A stretch of DNA of 63,890 nt, filler included, from Bigelowiella natans CCMP2755 (lineage: Eukaryota; Protista; Cercozoa): NCBI GenBank assembly GCA_000320545.1. It is 5 parts of 5 records of this genome, joined end to end, with 100 filler letters (N's around TTAATTAATTAA, not from the genome) between each part and the next. Parts side by side here need not be neighbours in the genome. Positions count along the whole stretch, not along the records: positions 32,242 to 56,904 come from ADNK01003492.1; positions 57,005 to 62,724 come from ADNK01000911.1; positions 62,825 to 63,890 come from ADNK01002019.1; 2 more parts are not named here. One strand, given 5' to 3'. The notes beneath the pieces are model-generated. The model saw only the letters and a list, made by a program, of their open reading frames with translations, was not told the DNA's origin and ran no database searches. This document shows, piece after piece, positions 51,391-63,890 of the stretch. The stretch's first letter is position 1, and the number at the start of each line of letters is the position of its first letter. Made by a program: the position numbers and the translations under genes.

Positions 51391-53851
51391 ATGAAAGCAG
51401 CCAATGCTCGTGGAAATAGATCTGATGCTTCTTCAGCTACATCTATTGTGCAACTAGAAGCCCTGGTAATACTATTACTAGTTGTAGTATGAGGAGCCAA
51501 CAACATAATGAAGAAGAAGAGTTCATACACATTCAATATAGGACAGTAATCTCACACCGTTGTTGCGTCATAGATCAAAGCAGCGTCCGTAGCCATTGAG
51601 AATTTTCAGAAGGAATGGGTCGAGGTAAGTAGTAGAACAGTACTTACCTATGATGATGGATGTTGTGTGCTATGCAAATACCTGGGCTTGGTTTTGTGTT
51701 TCAACATATTTAGATCTGCAACAATTTAGGCTCACGCATACGAATACACATGCAAACTGCATATATCTAATATTTTTTTTCTATTTCCATCCAAAGGCAA
51801 GTGCTGGTGGTTATAAGTACACAAATGCATTGATCGATAAACTGACACAGCTTCAAGGGGTCACTACCATGCAGATGATGATGCGAAAAGATGGTAAAAA
51901 TTGTTGTTACTACTGCTACTCCACCACCAGCAGCAGCAGTAATAGTAGTAGTAGCGCTTAACGATATCGTCTCCTTCACGAAGCCTGACGTTCCAGAGTA
52001 TTGTGTATGTATGATCACATTATTTGTGTGTGTGTGTGTGTGTGTGCATAGGCATATTGGAAGACAGAGATGAACTTGAGGCAATGGTTATAATCATCAC
52101 TATCGTTACTACTATCATCAACCAAATACCTTAATGTTGTTGTCATCATCACTACACTCATAATATCTACCAACACCATTACAACATCATCCTTACTACC
52201 ACATAGCAGCAATGCTACCTCATGCAGTAGTGTTTCTTTCATCACTGATTGTTGTTTTATTGACGATTCCTTATCTAATACTACTGCTGCACAAAGCCCT
52301 GAAATAATACGAGCAGCAAGCACCAGCAGCACCAGTAGTAGTAGCATCATACGATGAGGATATCAAATTCACATATGCGGCATTAGGTTGCTTCAGATAT
52401 ACGTGAGAACGTGGTCAAAGTCGATGAATACTTGGAAAGGATGGTAGCACCTGCTTTAATGTGTGTGTGTGTGTGTGTGTGTGTGTGAGTGAGTGTGTGT
52501 TTGTGTGTAGAGTTTGTATGTATGAATATAATGGTTATAGTCCAAGCTGAAAGAGAATATTGGGAGATGAAGGCGGCGACATATAAGTTTGATCGTGTGT
52601 AATTGTTGCCAATAATAGAGTTGTAGGTCTAGTAGTAGGTAAGTAAGTAAGTAAGTAATTAAGGCGTTTATTATCACGATTTGCGATTATTGATTCATTT
52701 ATCATTTTCTTAAACAACCCCATAACGTACCACCAACCAAACTTATCACTACAGACAATCTCATATGCAAAGCTTGCACGAATCCATGGATCTTTGAGGC
52801 AGGCTACTGACATTGATCTGTGGACAAAAACAACAAATGAGAAGAAGAAAAAGGAGAAGAACAACGGTAAAATCAATAAGAAGGACTTTGTGGTGGTGAG
52901 AATGAGGGGGGGGAAGAAAACAGAGGATGGTGAGATAGATAAAGAAGAGAGAGGAGAATTGACCAGAAACAACAACATATGGATAAGATGAAAAGGGAGG
53001 GTTAGTAAGTTGTAGTGAGGAGGACATATATTACTTATTACTACTAGTACTACTATTACTACCTTGCTATTGATGATGGTGATGATGATGATGGTGATGA
53101 TGGACATTCTTAGAATGTAGTAGGAGGTCGCAGTAAACAAAATATGATGATAATCCATGCTACTGTTAATAAATTTAAAGGAATCTACGAGGATGTGGAT
53201 GATGATGCTGATGGCCCCCCTCCTCCTCCTGCTGTTGGGTTTTATGATGACAACGACAACAAGGGCAGTAATTGTAAGAATTGCAAGTTAGTTTCCACGT
53301 TGAATGACAAGGAAAAATTGCAAAACAAGAGGAAGGAGAAGGAGGAGAAGGAGGAGGAGGAAGAAGAAGAAGAAGGCGTTCGTATCGTCAGTGTTAGCAT
53401 AATTGGTAGTTACTATTCGTTATTGCTCCATGGAATGACGAAGAAAGAATAGCAAACACGCATCATCCTAAATATACTACTACATATAATTATTGATCAT
53501 AACTTGTATTATATCCGAACTGAAAATAGTAGTAGCGATGAAAGGAACTTCCTATTTCCAAAGAAAGTTTTTCATCATCATCATCATCATCATCAACATC
53601 ATTATTATCATTATTATTATACACGTCAAAGGATTCCTGTGGTAGGATGTGATTATTATTAGTAAATGCAACGCCACTGATTACTACTTCTTCTTCCTAT
53701 TTTCTTCTCTCTTTCTTCTCTCTCCCTCTACATATTTATTGTACATCAAGAAACTTGGATTGCCGCTGTATTACAAATGTATCGTAGAGAATTATCTCTT
53801 CGAGCAACTATTCTAGACGATATCACTAATCCTCACGGTGCTCATTCTACT

Positions 53852-53887
<36 letters not shown>

Positions 53888-53931
53888 CTATTCTAGACGA
53901 TATCACTAATCCTCACGGTGCTCATTCTACT

Positions 53932-53975
<44 letters not shown>

Positions 53976-54019
53976 CTATTCTAGACGATATCACTAATCC
54001 TCACGGTGCTCATTCTACT

Positions 54020-54050
<31 letters not shown>

Positions 54051-54284
54051 ACTATTCTAGACGATATCACTAATCCTCACGGTGCTCATTCTACTAGATA
54101 TATATATGAAGTATTTACAAGCAGCAGCAGCAGAAAGTCCATGGATGTTGTATGTGATAAGGATAAGGAGATGGATATGCTGCATATTATTATTGTCGCA
54201 AGCACCATCTCATCATCATCATTATCATTGTATTTATTATTAGCTTCAAATGGCGGCCGAAGCGCTACGACACTTAGTGAGTGA
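51391..54284 (+). CDS. Possible CINP-like (CDK2-interacting protein family) gene; multi-exon
   Basis: Exons IKAASVAIENFQKEWVE/ASAGGYKYTNALIDKL and ETWIAAVLQMYRRELSLRATILDDI resemble, from memory, the N- and C-terminal CINP motifs. Boundaries uncertain. Confidence 0.45.
53806..54107. repeat. Four identical ~48-bp units, each followed by variable (TA)n
   Basis: aactattctagacgatatcactaatcctcacggtgctcattctactaga at ~53806, 53886, 53974 and 54050. Confidence 0.92.
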
Positions 54285-56766
54285 ATAAGAAAGAAGAGGA
54301 CATAGTGGAACTTGCTTCTTTTAAAATGGGATTGATGCGAAATCTGTTATTCACTGAAGATTCAACAAACGAATGAACAAATGCGCTGTATTTTATTTTA
54401 TCGTCACATTATGTGCTTTCTTGTTATTACATGATGCCATTCAACAAACCACATATATATTCAATTATGATAACAAATTCCTCTTCACTTCAATCTCATT
54501 ACCCTAATGGTTCTACAGCTGCATAATAATGATTTTAAAATTGATTCCTTCCTCCTGATTATATTTGAGGTTCATTTGGTTGTTATTAAGGTTTATACCT
54601 TTCCGCGTGGATATTAGAGCCATATGTTAATGAAAAGCGCATTAGAAAAATAAAGGTATTAGTCATATCCCATAGCATCATTTGAGTAGAAATAATAAGA
54701 TACATATCAGCACACAACATGCCGATGGTATTTAGAAGCAACATGTGGTATTCACACCGAACTGGTAGTGTGCACTTCAATTTTGCATCATTTTGTTGTG
54801 GAGGGTGGTAGTATTGATATCCTAATGTCTATTGATTTGTTGTAGGAGTCTATAAAACGAGCATTGGAATCAATCAAGTCGTCGTACAGATGATAGATTA
54901 ATTGGCAGAGAGCATGCTGCTACTAGATTTACTTCGAATAACTTTAAGGCGCATTTATTTAACTGCAAAATTGGTATATTATTTTTATATCCCATTTGAA
55001 CATAGCCTCAATTCATCGTCTATGGGGTTCGATTTGTCATGTTGCAACAATTTGTCAAAAAAATTATCAAAAGAACGAAAAATTTTCCATCGAGGAGAAG
55101 TATCGTATTGTACATTCATTTGCACTGCGCCCTAGTGCTTATGTTATTGTCTCTACAACAGCATCTTGCCAACGCGCATATTTTTGTACTAAGAGTCAAT
55201 GAAGCTCACTTGGCTTCGACAAGTTTTGTCAAAATGGATCATAAATGAGTTTATAGCCCAATGTGTGGTTAGCATAGTAATTAAACATCCCAGGCCCACA
55301 TTTATAAGCGCAATTTGATGTCTTACTTATGCACACATTGCAAAACCAACAGATATGCTAATGGGTGGAGTTGCGGGCTAATTTTTAGGTTTTGCTATGA
55401 ATTTAAATACATATTACATTTGAGACGGATGAAATGAAAAGATTACATTTTTACATTGCCGTCCTTATGTAGTTTTCAAAAGCTGCGGTTGTAGCTCTAG
55501 AGCGCATAAATTAGATCTGTTAATTTCTGCGATTTTGTCATGCAATTTTGCAAAAGCAATGCCATTTGTAGTGGGCGCGACTGTGCTCGTGACGTGCCAC
55601 GCAATCACATGAATAGTGCAGTTCTATTCTGCTCGACTTGGCATTATATATGCTAAGAATCTTACATCGTTTAGATACCAGCTCTACAGCATTCCTTGTC
55701 GTCGCACGTAGGATATAACTCCCCAGGCAACCCTAAAATATCAAATATGATCAAGTGTCCTCCTATATATCTATGCCCCCCATGCCATACTTTTCAATGT
55801 GCGAAAGCAAAAAATATTGCTACTTTTGTTGCAATAAATACTTTTCGTCATCAAATTTCTATTTACCCTATCCCGCCAACAATAATTCCTACGAAGACAC
55901 TCCAGAAAACCCCCTAATTTTTGATAATCATAAGTATAAACCACTAGGTAATAAACAAGTAATATGGTTAAGATGGACTTATCGTCCTAGGCTCACTGAA
56001 ATGAAAAAGCGATATAGAGAGTGTGAGTACTGAGCAAAAGAAAATATTATCGTGGAAATGATGTTATTTTTATATGTACACATCTATGGCTTTCGTTCCC
56101 CTTTTAAATTTTATTTGTAAAAATTGAAGCAAATTAAGTTTGTCATTACTGGAGTAACTTCAAATCCATTAAGCAAATTCATTCCAAACACACCAGCGAT
56201 CTTAGAAAAACAAATAATTAGTGCAGCACAATATTAAATGCACATATAAATGCCACATAATCACGTAAAACTATCATATCCCACGCACCACACAAATCCA
56301 GATGTAGATGCATACACAAATATAGAAATGGATGAGCATATATTATATATGAACTTTAATATTTAGACAGAATGAATAGCCTAGAATAGTACCATCGCCC
56401 CCGTACCCACAGCCAGGGAACATATTGACAAAAAGAGCTCCAATTTAGATAATTCCAATCTATATTTTATAACAAAAAGTATTGATGTAAAAAGTAAAGA
56501 AGGTATAAATATGATGGAAGCAAGAAAACACGGAATGCTTTTATTATTTTACACCTTCAAAAGCTTGATGTAATCTATCGTAGTGAATTTTAATTAAGGC
56601 TCCGTTTTCGCAATTTTATACTATTCACCAACCTTCGAGCACTAAGTGTCAATGAAACCGTATCTTCAAGATCACTTGCTTCCTCTAATTATATCATAAT
56701 TCACAAAATATTAAAGAAATATCCAATCCACAAATTTTTATTCATTACATATATACACAACACACT

Positions 56767-56804
<38 letters not shown>

Positions 56805-56812
56805 CAACACAT

Positions 56813-56872
<60 letters not shown>

Positions 56873-56904
56873 ATAATAAGTAAGTAGTAGTTAGTTAGTT
56901 AGTT

Positions 56905-57003
56905 NNNNNNNNNNNNNNNNNNNNNNNNNNNNNNNNNNNNNNNNNNNNTTAATTAATTAANNNNNNNNNNNNNNNNNNNNNNNNNNNNNNNNNNNNNNNN
57001 NNN
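56905..57003. other. Artificial contig spacer
   Basis: N-run with TTAATTAATTAA at 56949-56960. Confidence 0.97.
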
Positions 57004-57019
57004 NCCCCCCCCCCCCCCC

Positions 57020-57063
<44 letters not shown>

Positions 57064-57105
57064 GCACACACACGCATACACACAAGAAGCTATCCAAGTT
57101 CTAAC

Positions 57106-58639
57106 CGCGTAGCTTCCTTTCAAGTGCTTGTTGTAGTGGTCGTTGAAGAAGATGGGCATGTTGTAGTACCTAAACCCAGTATGCAACAACGAAGTAGTAA
57201 TAATTAGTACTGTCGCAGCAGTCGTGTGGCAACTTCTTCCCACGAACATTGCCGAAGCGAATCCGTAACAAGACGTTTCTCGAATACCAGCCATCACTCA
57301 TGAAGGGCGTGCAGAAAGCCCACGCGTTCGATATTACATCATCATACCATTCACATGTAATGTGGCAAGAACAACCCAACATCGCCGCCGCCGCCGCGCA
57401 CAAGATCATCCATCACACATCTCCCCACCACGCGAGAATACTACTCACTTGTCTGGGAGAATGTCGATGAACGGTTTCCAATAGGACTTTGGGTTGTGTT
57501 TTTCTTGGCAGAGGTAGCACGCAAGCCACGAGTGCGAGCAATTCATCACGTACCCGCTCCTAAATCATTATCATGGGTATGGGAGATGATGAACACCGCT
57601 CAAACGTGCGTGCTAGTGGAAGAAACAACGATCGGAAATTAGCGCTAATACGTATAATTCACGCGCGGGGTATTTTTCGTTGATGTGCACGAATATTTGA
57701 CGTTATGCGGCGGCAGCGGAAAACAGCATTTTCAGTACATTTAACCTTCGAATCGCCTGGCCAATCGTGGAGCTCTGAGAAGGTGGTGGTAGGCATGGAA
57801 ACATGGTCAGAATCGTCGAGTTTTAACGGTTATGTACATGCGCCGCTTCTCCTTGCAGATTATCTCTCGAAACAGAAAACCCCTCCTAGTATTTACACCA
57901 CCTTAGCCTTATCAGTCGTCATAATCTGGGCCAATGGCACGTAGACAACCTGCGTTCCGTGCGGGGAGGAAGGGGGGAGGAAGATTTGGAATGGATTGCG
58001 ATGACTGGGGAGTTTTGAACCGTCACCTCGACATTTTCATCGACCGCCTCTTTCGTATGGACCTCGCGATAGTCCTCTTCGTAGTATTTGAGATAGAGTT
58101 TGGGAAAGAGAGAACCCTGAAGCGCAGACAGCACAAAAGAATGATGATGATGATGATGATGATGACGGTGATGGAGTTGAAAATCTACAGATGCTACTTT
58201 AGCGATGCTCGCCCTTGTCACTCATTATAACATATAGGGCTACACGCATAGGATCTTACACCAAGATGAGCTCTTTCGCGGCACAGTCGTTCATATTTTT
58301 CTCTCAAAAATTAAAATTCGTTTTGTTTGTAAGACCCCTTTCTTAAGCCACTTCAACAGGCGAACGAAGCGGTCAGTATCCGGCCTAATCAATCCATCAT
58401 TTTCGTCGGTAAGATATAGAGCAGGGCAGACTATGCAGATGCTCGGCGAGAAGATTAAGTTTCAGTGTTTACTCAAAAATAGATCAACATCATCCCCACG
58501 GAGGGTGGGCGTGGGTGGGTGGTGAATAACGCCGCCAAAGGCAATAGAAACCAAATAAGCGTTCTTACCCGCAGTCAGAGACCTCCCTTGTGAGTTCTGG
58601 TGGGATGTTAGGGAGTGGTTCTTCTTTCGAGTCCTCCAT
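57106..58639 (-). CDS. SET-domain protein methyltransferase (SETD3/Rubisco-LSMT-like), 5' part
   Basis: Exons read DRFVRLLKWLKKG, SLFPKLYLKYYEEDYREVH, VVYVPLAQIMTTDKAK, WLACYLCQEKHNPKSYWKPFIDILPDK/YYNMPIFFNDHYNKHLKGS. Confidence 0.8.
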
Positions 58640-58999
58640 GATCTCTCTGTGACGTGCGCGTTCTCCGGCAACTCTGGATGTGCTCGTTTGGCCAAGAGAA
58701 GAGCGTTGCGATTTAGAAATTGCGACATAAACTAAAATCGATTTTCGACATTTTTCGCTTCGGTTTGTTGCGATTTCCAGATCCGTATCATTGTTGCGAA
58801 TGGACGGCCAACCAGGTTACGTGTCCAACCAAAACTCTTGTCGCAGTACGAAAACTCCAATATTCCATCGAATCACGGCGGCCTGAGAAGGAGCCAACAG
58901 TTCAGGATACGGCTTCATCGGGAAAATTACCACTTTTTCTTTGCCAGGATATTTAGTACCACATTCCTCAACTTGCCCCACCCCATCCACCCACGGTTC

Positions 59000-60164
59000 G
59001 CATGGCAGAAGCACGGGTAACCAGGAGCGCAGCGGCAGCGACCCCGCGTTCGCCCTCCTCTGCAGCGAAAAGTTCGTCGTATAGATTCCTTCGCAAGGAG
59101 AATTCCGTCAAGCCCAAATATCGTCGAATGTCGATCCGAAAGCTAAAGGAGGAGCTCAAGTAATAGTCCATCCTAAAGGAAGGAGAAGTGGGAATGGGGA
59201 AGGGTTTAGAGAGATACAGATTGCGTTTTATGTAAAAAATTATTGTGAACATGGTAGGGTAAACGAACACTGTTACGAGCTGTATGGGGAAGAGCTTTCA
59301 GACGGGGTGCGTGACCCTTCGAATAGATGTGATTCATGACGACAATCTGTGACTTTGGAAACTTTTCTAACGGTTCAGCGATAGGTCTTGTTCTTTTCGT
59401 TACTCACGGTCTTATTGTTGGGTAGGGTGCCCGTCTGGAGTATACAATCGCTCTCCTGAAGAGAGAGATAGCACGGGCAGAGGCAGAAATAGAAGGTAGG
59501 GAAGGTGGGATGGAGGTGGAGGAGGAGGTGGTGGTGGAGGAAGGGGAGCGGGGAGGGAAAGGTACTGGGGAATCAAATTTTGCAAGAGAGATGCGAAATT
59601 AGAAGTTTAAAACGTGCCCGGATTATACGCAATCCCAATGATTGTTCTCCTCCTCTGAATAATCAACCTGTGTTAGATCTGTCGGGTGCGATGGCAGGGT
59701 TGAGAGGGCCCAGCTCCGAGCCTCTACTCAAGCCTGTCCCTGGAGTGGCGAGACGGAGACAACAGCAGCTGGCACCTGCAGCAGGAAGAGGAGGAGGAGG
59801 AGGAGGAAGAGAAGTAGAGGACGGCAATCTATCTCAGTGGTTAAGGGCGGAACATGAGGTGAAACAGATAGGAGGAGGGTAGTAGGTAGAGGGAGGATTG
59901 TGCCTTGAGAAGGAGATTTTTCATCACCATACCATTCTTCAACCCAGGCAAAAGTCAAGGCCCATCAAATGAGCAGGAGAAAAATCGTGAGTCGCACTAT
60001 ATATTTTCTTTCTGCCTTTCGTCGTTAATGATTCCTCAACAACTTAGTTCCGGCCTCCGCCCCCTATGGGCTATGTCTCCAGTGAGGAAGGTAGTGGTTG
60101 TCAATGATGATCACGATGGCATGGTAGCATTGCTGCTGCTGATTTGACGACGACGACGACGACA

Positions 60165-60195
<31 letters not shown>

Positions 60196-60737
60196 CGCTG
60201 TAACATTGAACGGCTATAATCGATGAATTTTAGGCTCGCGCATCATGAAGCAGGAGCAGCAGCGGGAGCAGGAGTACTGGACTGGAGCGATAACTGACCG
60301 GAAGCACGGTTCCGCTGCATCCACTCCGCTCTCTCCTGGCTCCGACAACATGGGGATATCGACGATCCCTGCAACGCCCGCATCACAGTCGGAAGAAGAC
60401 GATAACGACTCTACTACAGCAAGAACAATTGCTTCTTCGGTGAGGTCGTCTTCTTCTGTCCCGCCAACACCTCCCACACCACTCACACCCGTTCCTGAGG
60501 GCAGTGCTAGCTTCTCTGTCGACCACCATCATCGCCACCAACAACATCTGCAACCGGTGGAGGAAGAAGAGGAGGAGGAGGAGGATGAGGGCAGCAGCAA
60601 TAGAAACAGGAGCAATCAGCAGGTTCCAATGGATCAGCAGGTCCTGAGTTTTGGTTGGGGACGGATAAGAACACGCAACACTCTCTCAAATGACAATATA
60701 TACACATACACTTCTTTTTACATATGCAAACATGTTA

Positions 60738-60771
<34 letters not shown>

Positions 60772-60960
60772 ATAAATATTTTTGTAATACAGATTTTTGC
60801 TTTATGCACACATTACATTATATTATGCTGTTTGTGTTTCTGCGTGTATGTGTAGGAGGAGCTCCCGCATGCGAGCAATCATTCTGACAATGTTAGCGGG
60901 GATGTTGAAAATAGGGTAGGGATTGGCAGCACGGATCAGAAGCACCGCTCGCCCTTGAGA
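59000..60960 (+). CDS. Low-complexity multi-exon protein, possible SAP-like motif
   Basis: Coding-like exons including YRRMSIRKLKEELK and ORF 60245-60640; model uncertain. Confidence 0.35.
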
Positions 60961-61985
60961 TAGAAGATATATGCGACTGTTGGGTTAACGCTTGAATTGA
61001 CGACCCGCATTACAGTGATTTACAAAAGACACATAGCAGCATATATTACAAGTAAGCTTGTGTCACGTTTCATTGTCTCTATTAAGCAGCACCTCATTAG
61101 AACAAATCTGTACACTCCCAATTCACATCAGTGTTTTTTGCACAAATACATGTGTACAATCGACATATAGTAGATATTACATTGGGAACACATGTGTTTC
61201 TGTGGTGTACATGTGCACTTAAAACGCACACGTACCACAGAGCAACTCAAGAACTGCATAATTGGTACACATTATGATGCGCAGAGATGACATGCATGAA
61301 TTGCGTGCAGCGTCCGATGTAGGAAGACATACAGGCAGACCATGCTGCACTGATGCGGGCCGGGCTACGTACACATTCGCATCAGCAAGCATGCGCGCGC
61401 TTCATATGATCACCAACAAACACGCTGTGATCAGCTGATCCCGAAGCACAGGATCGACATCGACACGCACGCGCTGGTACTACACGTTCGGACCAGCACT
61501 TCGGAACGAAATTCACATTCCTCACACAACCAGCTAGCCAGTTCAAACGCGCGCACTTTCACAAAAAGCGAGTTTTCTCAAGAACCAGACATCGGTTGGA
61601 GCTGAGGTTGGGCGTAATCGAAAGGGCTCGGGTTGCGCTCTGCCAAAACGAACCAATCATGCACACTTTTTTCTTGCTCCGTTCGGGTCGCATCAATTTT
61701 CGATGAAAGTGCATGCACGTGCTCGTTTCCCCTCCACCCACGTTCGCTTGCAGCACCGGCGCTTGTGTGCGCGCGCGCATGAGCTTCCCATGCATGCTAG
61801 CATGGTTACGTGCAGCATGGCACTGCTTGCTTTGCTTATAATGTGAGAGAACTTACGAATTCTCTCACAATTATCACATGCAGCTTGGGGCACACGACTG
61901 CACGATTGTGATGATTGCAGCTATGACTTGGAGAAAGCAACTTAGACCTCTTGTCGTACTACGAGTACAAGATAATAAGATGACG

Positions 61986-62268
61986 CTAGCGAGTGCGCGC
62001 AAAAAGCTGTGTGAGGTAGTATTGGCCTTTGTGGTTCCTGTAAACGCCTATTCCGCAGAGCGTCTGCTCGGACAGGAGATTTTTCCTGTGACCCGGTGAA
62101 TCAATCCATCCGTTCACGGAGACCCGAGCCACCTGAAGATAGAAGCATACAATCCATTAAAGAGCACCAATCAGAAGAATGCCGACCACCATCGCTACCA
62201 CCGTCAATCAATTCGCGCCTTGGCCGCAGAAAGCATCACCACGGCATTGATCCATCCAAGAGAAAGAG

Positions 62269-62311
<43 letters not shown>

Positions 62312-62420
62312 AATGACTGGAAATACAAGAGGACGGAGGAGAAAGTTACTTGGGACTCCGGGATGCCGCCATTCATTGCTAGGTTCTCTGCCGCGGCCAT
62401 GTGCGGGAAAGGATATCTGT
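61986..62420 (-). CDS. CAP/SCP-domain protein, 3' exons
   Basis: AAAENLAMNGG...VARVSVNGWIDSPGHRKNLLSEQTLCGIGVYRNHKGQYYLTQLFAR-TR*. Confidence 0.88.
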
Positions 62421-62594
62421 TTGAAATGATGACCGGAATGAGAATCGATCCAGGACAACATTATTCATTATTATCACTGCCACCACCACCACCACCACCG
62501 CCAAAGGTGAAGAACAAGGTAATCCCAATAACAAATGACTGGGGTAGTAGTGAGGGAGGAAGGGAGGGAGAGGAGAAACTCGGTGAGGGAGTGG

Positions 62595-62639
<45 letters not shown>

Positions 62640-62724
62640 GGGGGGGGGGGGAAGAAAATCTTTCGCGGCCGATGCCAGGGACCTTTGGACCTCTCCCCCA
62701 AAACCCATATGCGGAAACGGGCCT

Positions 62725-62824
62725 NNNNNNNNNNNNNNNNNNNNNNNNNNNNNNNNNNNNNNNNNNNNTTAATTAATTAANNNNNNNNNNNNNNNNNNNN
62801 NNNNNNNNNNNNNNNNNNNNNNNN
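62725..62824. other. Artificial contig spacer
   Basis: N-run with TTAATTAATTAA at 62769-62780. Confidence 0.97.
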
Positions 62825-62889
62825 AGTCATAATAATATACTTTTATATTTTAGCTAGATATGCCTATCCTACGCCTCGTCGTCCGTTGA

Positions 62890-63399
62890 TCATGGTACAC
62901 ATTTCTCTGTTTTCCAATGTGGGCCCCCTCCCCCCTCTGCCTCCTCGCTCACAAGCGTGTACTTCCACCGAGCCTGGTTTCCTCCCAAACGCAGCTGATC
63001 GACGTACGTGGGCTCGAGGACTAACACTGCGAAGTTCTTGTGCGGTGCGACGTCAGACGATGACAACTCCACACTACTCGATGAAGGCACGTGGCCCTGC
63101 TGGCCTTTACTAGCAGCCTCAGGCTAGATATGAACAAAAAATGTAGTGAATGCAAAATATGTTAGAATTCTTATTAGTAAATCTTTCCCAGAGGGGCTCG
63201 GGCCGAGAATCACCTCTTTTTGCTCTCCCCCTCCCTCCTCCTGCGAGTTGAGCGGCTTCCCAGGATCGCCCCCGGTGCAGAAGGCCGTCGTGTGCCGTGG
63301 AAGCCTCTCCCAAAATTCAGCTCGAATCTTCTCATCCTGAGGATCGCTGTCATTGTCCGTCGCCTATTAATCGGAAATAGATGATGAAATGTGCGTCTA

Positions 63400-63482
<83 letters not shown>

Positions 63483-63878
63483 ATTTTGAGCTTTCTTGTC
63501 GCAGCGGGAGTCAGGAAATACCTTGAGAACGGACATCTCCCCTGCGATTCGAAATTGCGTATTTGCGCCACTTATCCAGCAGCAGAGCTGAGGGAGGGGG
63601 GGAGGGGGAGAATTAGCTAGCATACAGGAGTATGAGACATGCTTTTGAAAAGGGAGGCATTGGTTATTGCGTGCATTCTTCTTGTCGATTTCACCATCGA
63701 TAGGAGAAAACGGAGTTATTATCATATAGCAATGCTGCAATCTCGCTTCTCTCCTACCTCTGCGTGTCGGTTGGGCTTTGAGATCTGCAATCTTTTCAGT
63801 CCTTGAGTCGGTGATGAACGTCATCGCACAGTCTCTGTATCTAACCATTCGTGGAGAGGCAAGAGGAGGTTGATTCAT
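62890..63878 (-). CDS. Pyridoxamine 5'-phosphate oxidase-related FMN-binding protein (Alr4036-like); multi-exon, 5' end possibly outside window
   Basis: Exons read FITDSRTEKIADL, LCCWISGANTQFRIAG, IRAEFWERLP...DPGKP, NFAVLVLEPTYVDQLRL...W. Confidence 0.75.
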
Positions 63879-63890
63879 ATCTCAATTTTC

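Noticed and set aside
53806-54107. CRISPR-like repeat-spacer array
   Set aside because: The spacers are just (TA)n, the context is eukaryotic and there are no cas genes.
54550-56100. Possible decayed Ulp1-like or TE coding remnant and a ~200-bp TGTAG...CTACA segment at ~55489-55688
   Set aside because: Only isolated short motifs, no continuous frame and no target-site duplication.

Overview
This window is eukaryotic (protist) nuclear DNA made of five contigs joined by artificial N-TTAATTAATTAA-N spacers: 1-21749, 21850-32141, 32222-56904, 57004-62724 and 62825-63890. Microsatellite-filled GT-AG introns, a (CCCTAA)n telomere, a flagellar RSPH10B-like gene and bipartite signal+transit-like presequences suggest a flagellated secondary-plastid alga, possibly a chlorarachniophyte (inference only). 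Recognisable genes: polycystin-like REJ/GPS membrane protein, ankyrin pseudogene, WD40 protein, secreted Cys/Tyr-rich two-module protein, SPPL2-like protease, dual-specificity phosphatase, ISWI, RSPH10B-like MORN protein, EF-hand protein, K2P channel, eukaryote-type GluRS with a signal peptide, CINP-like, SET-domain, CAP-domain and PNPOx-like proteins. The most striking signal is non-genic. Several intergenic, TE-like islands have lost almost every TpA except in CTAG (or CTA/TAG) context, while CpG is retained and TpG/CpA are abundant. Tandem copies inside one island show the same site as TA, CA and TG. This looks like a context-specific, repeat-targeted A-to-G/T-to-C hypermutation process, the mirror image of fungal RIP. 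All counts and gene models were read by eye.
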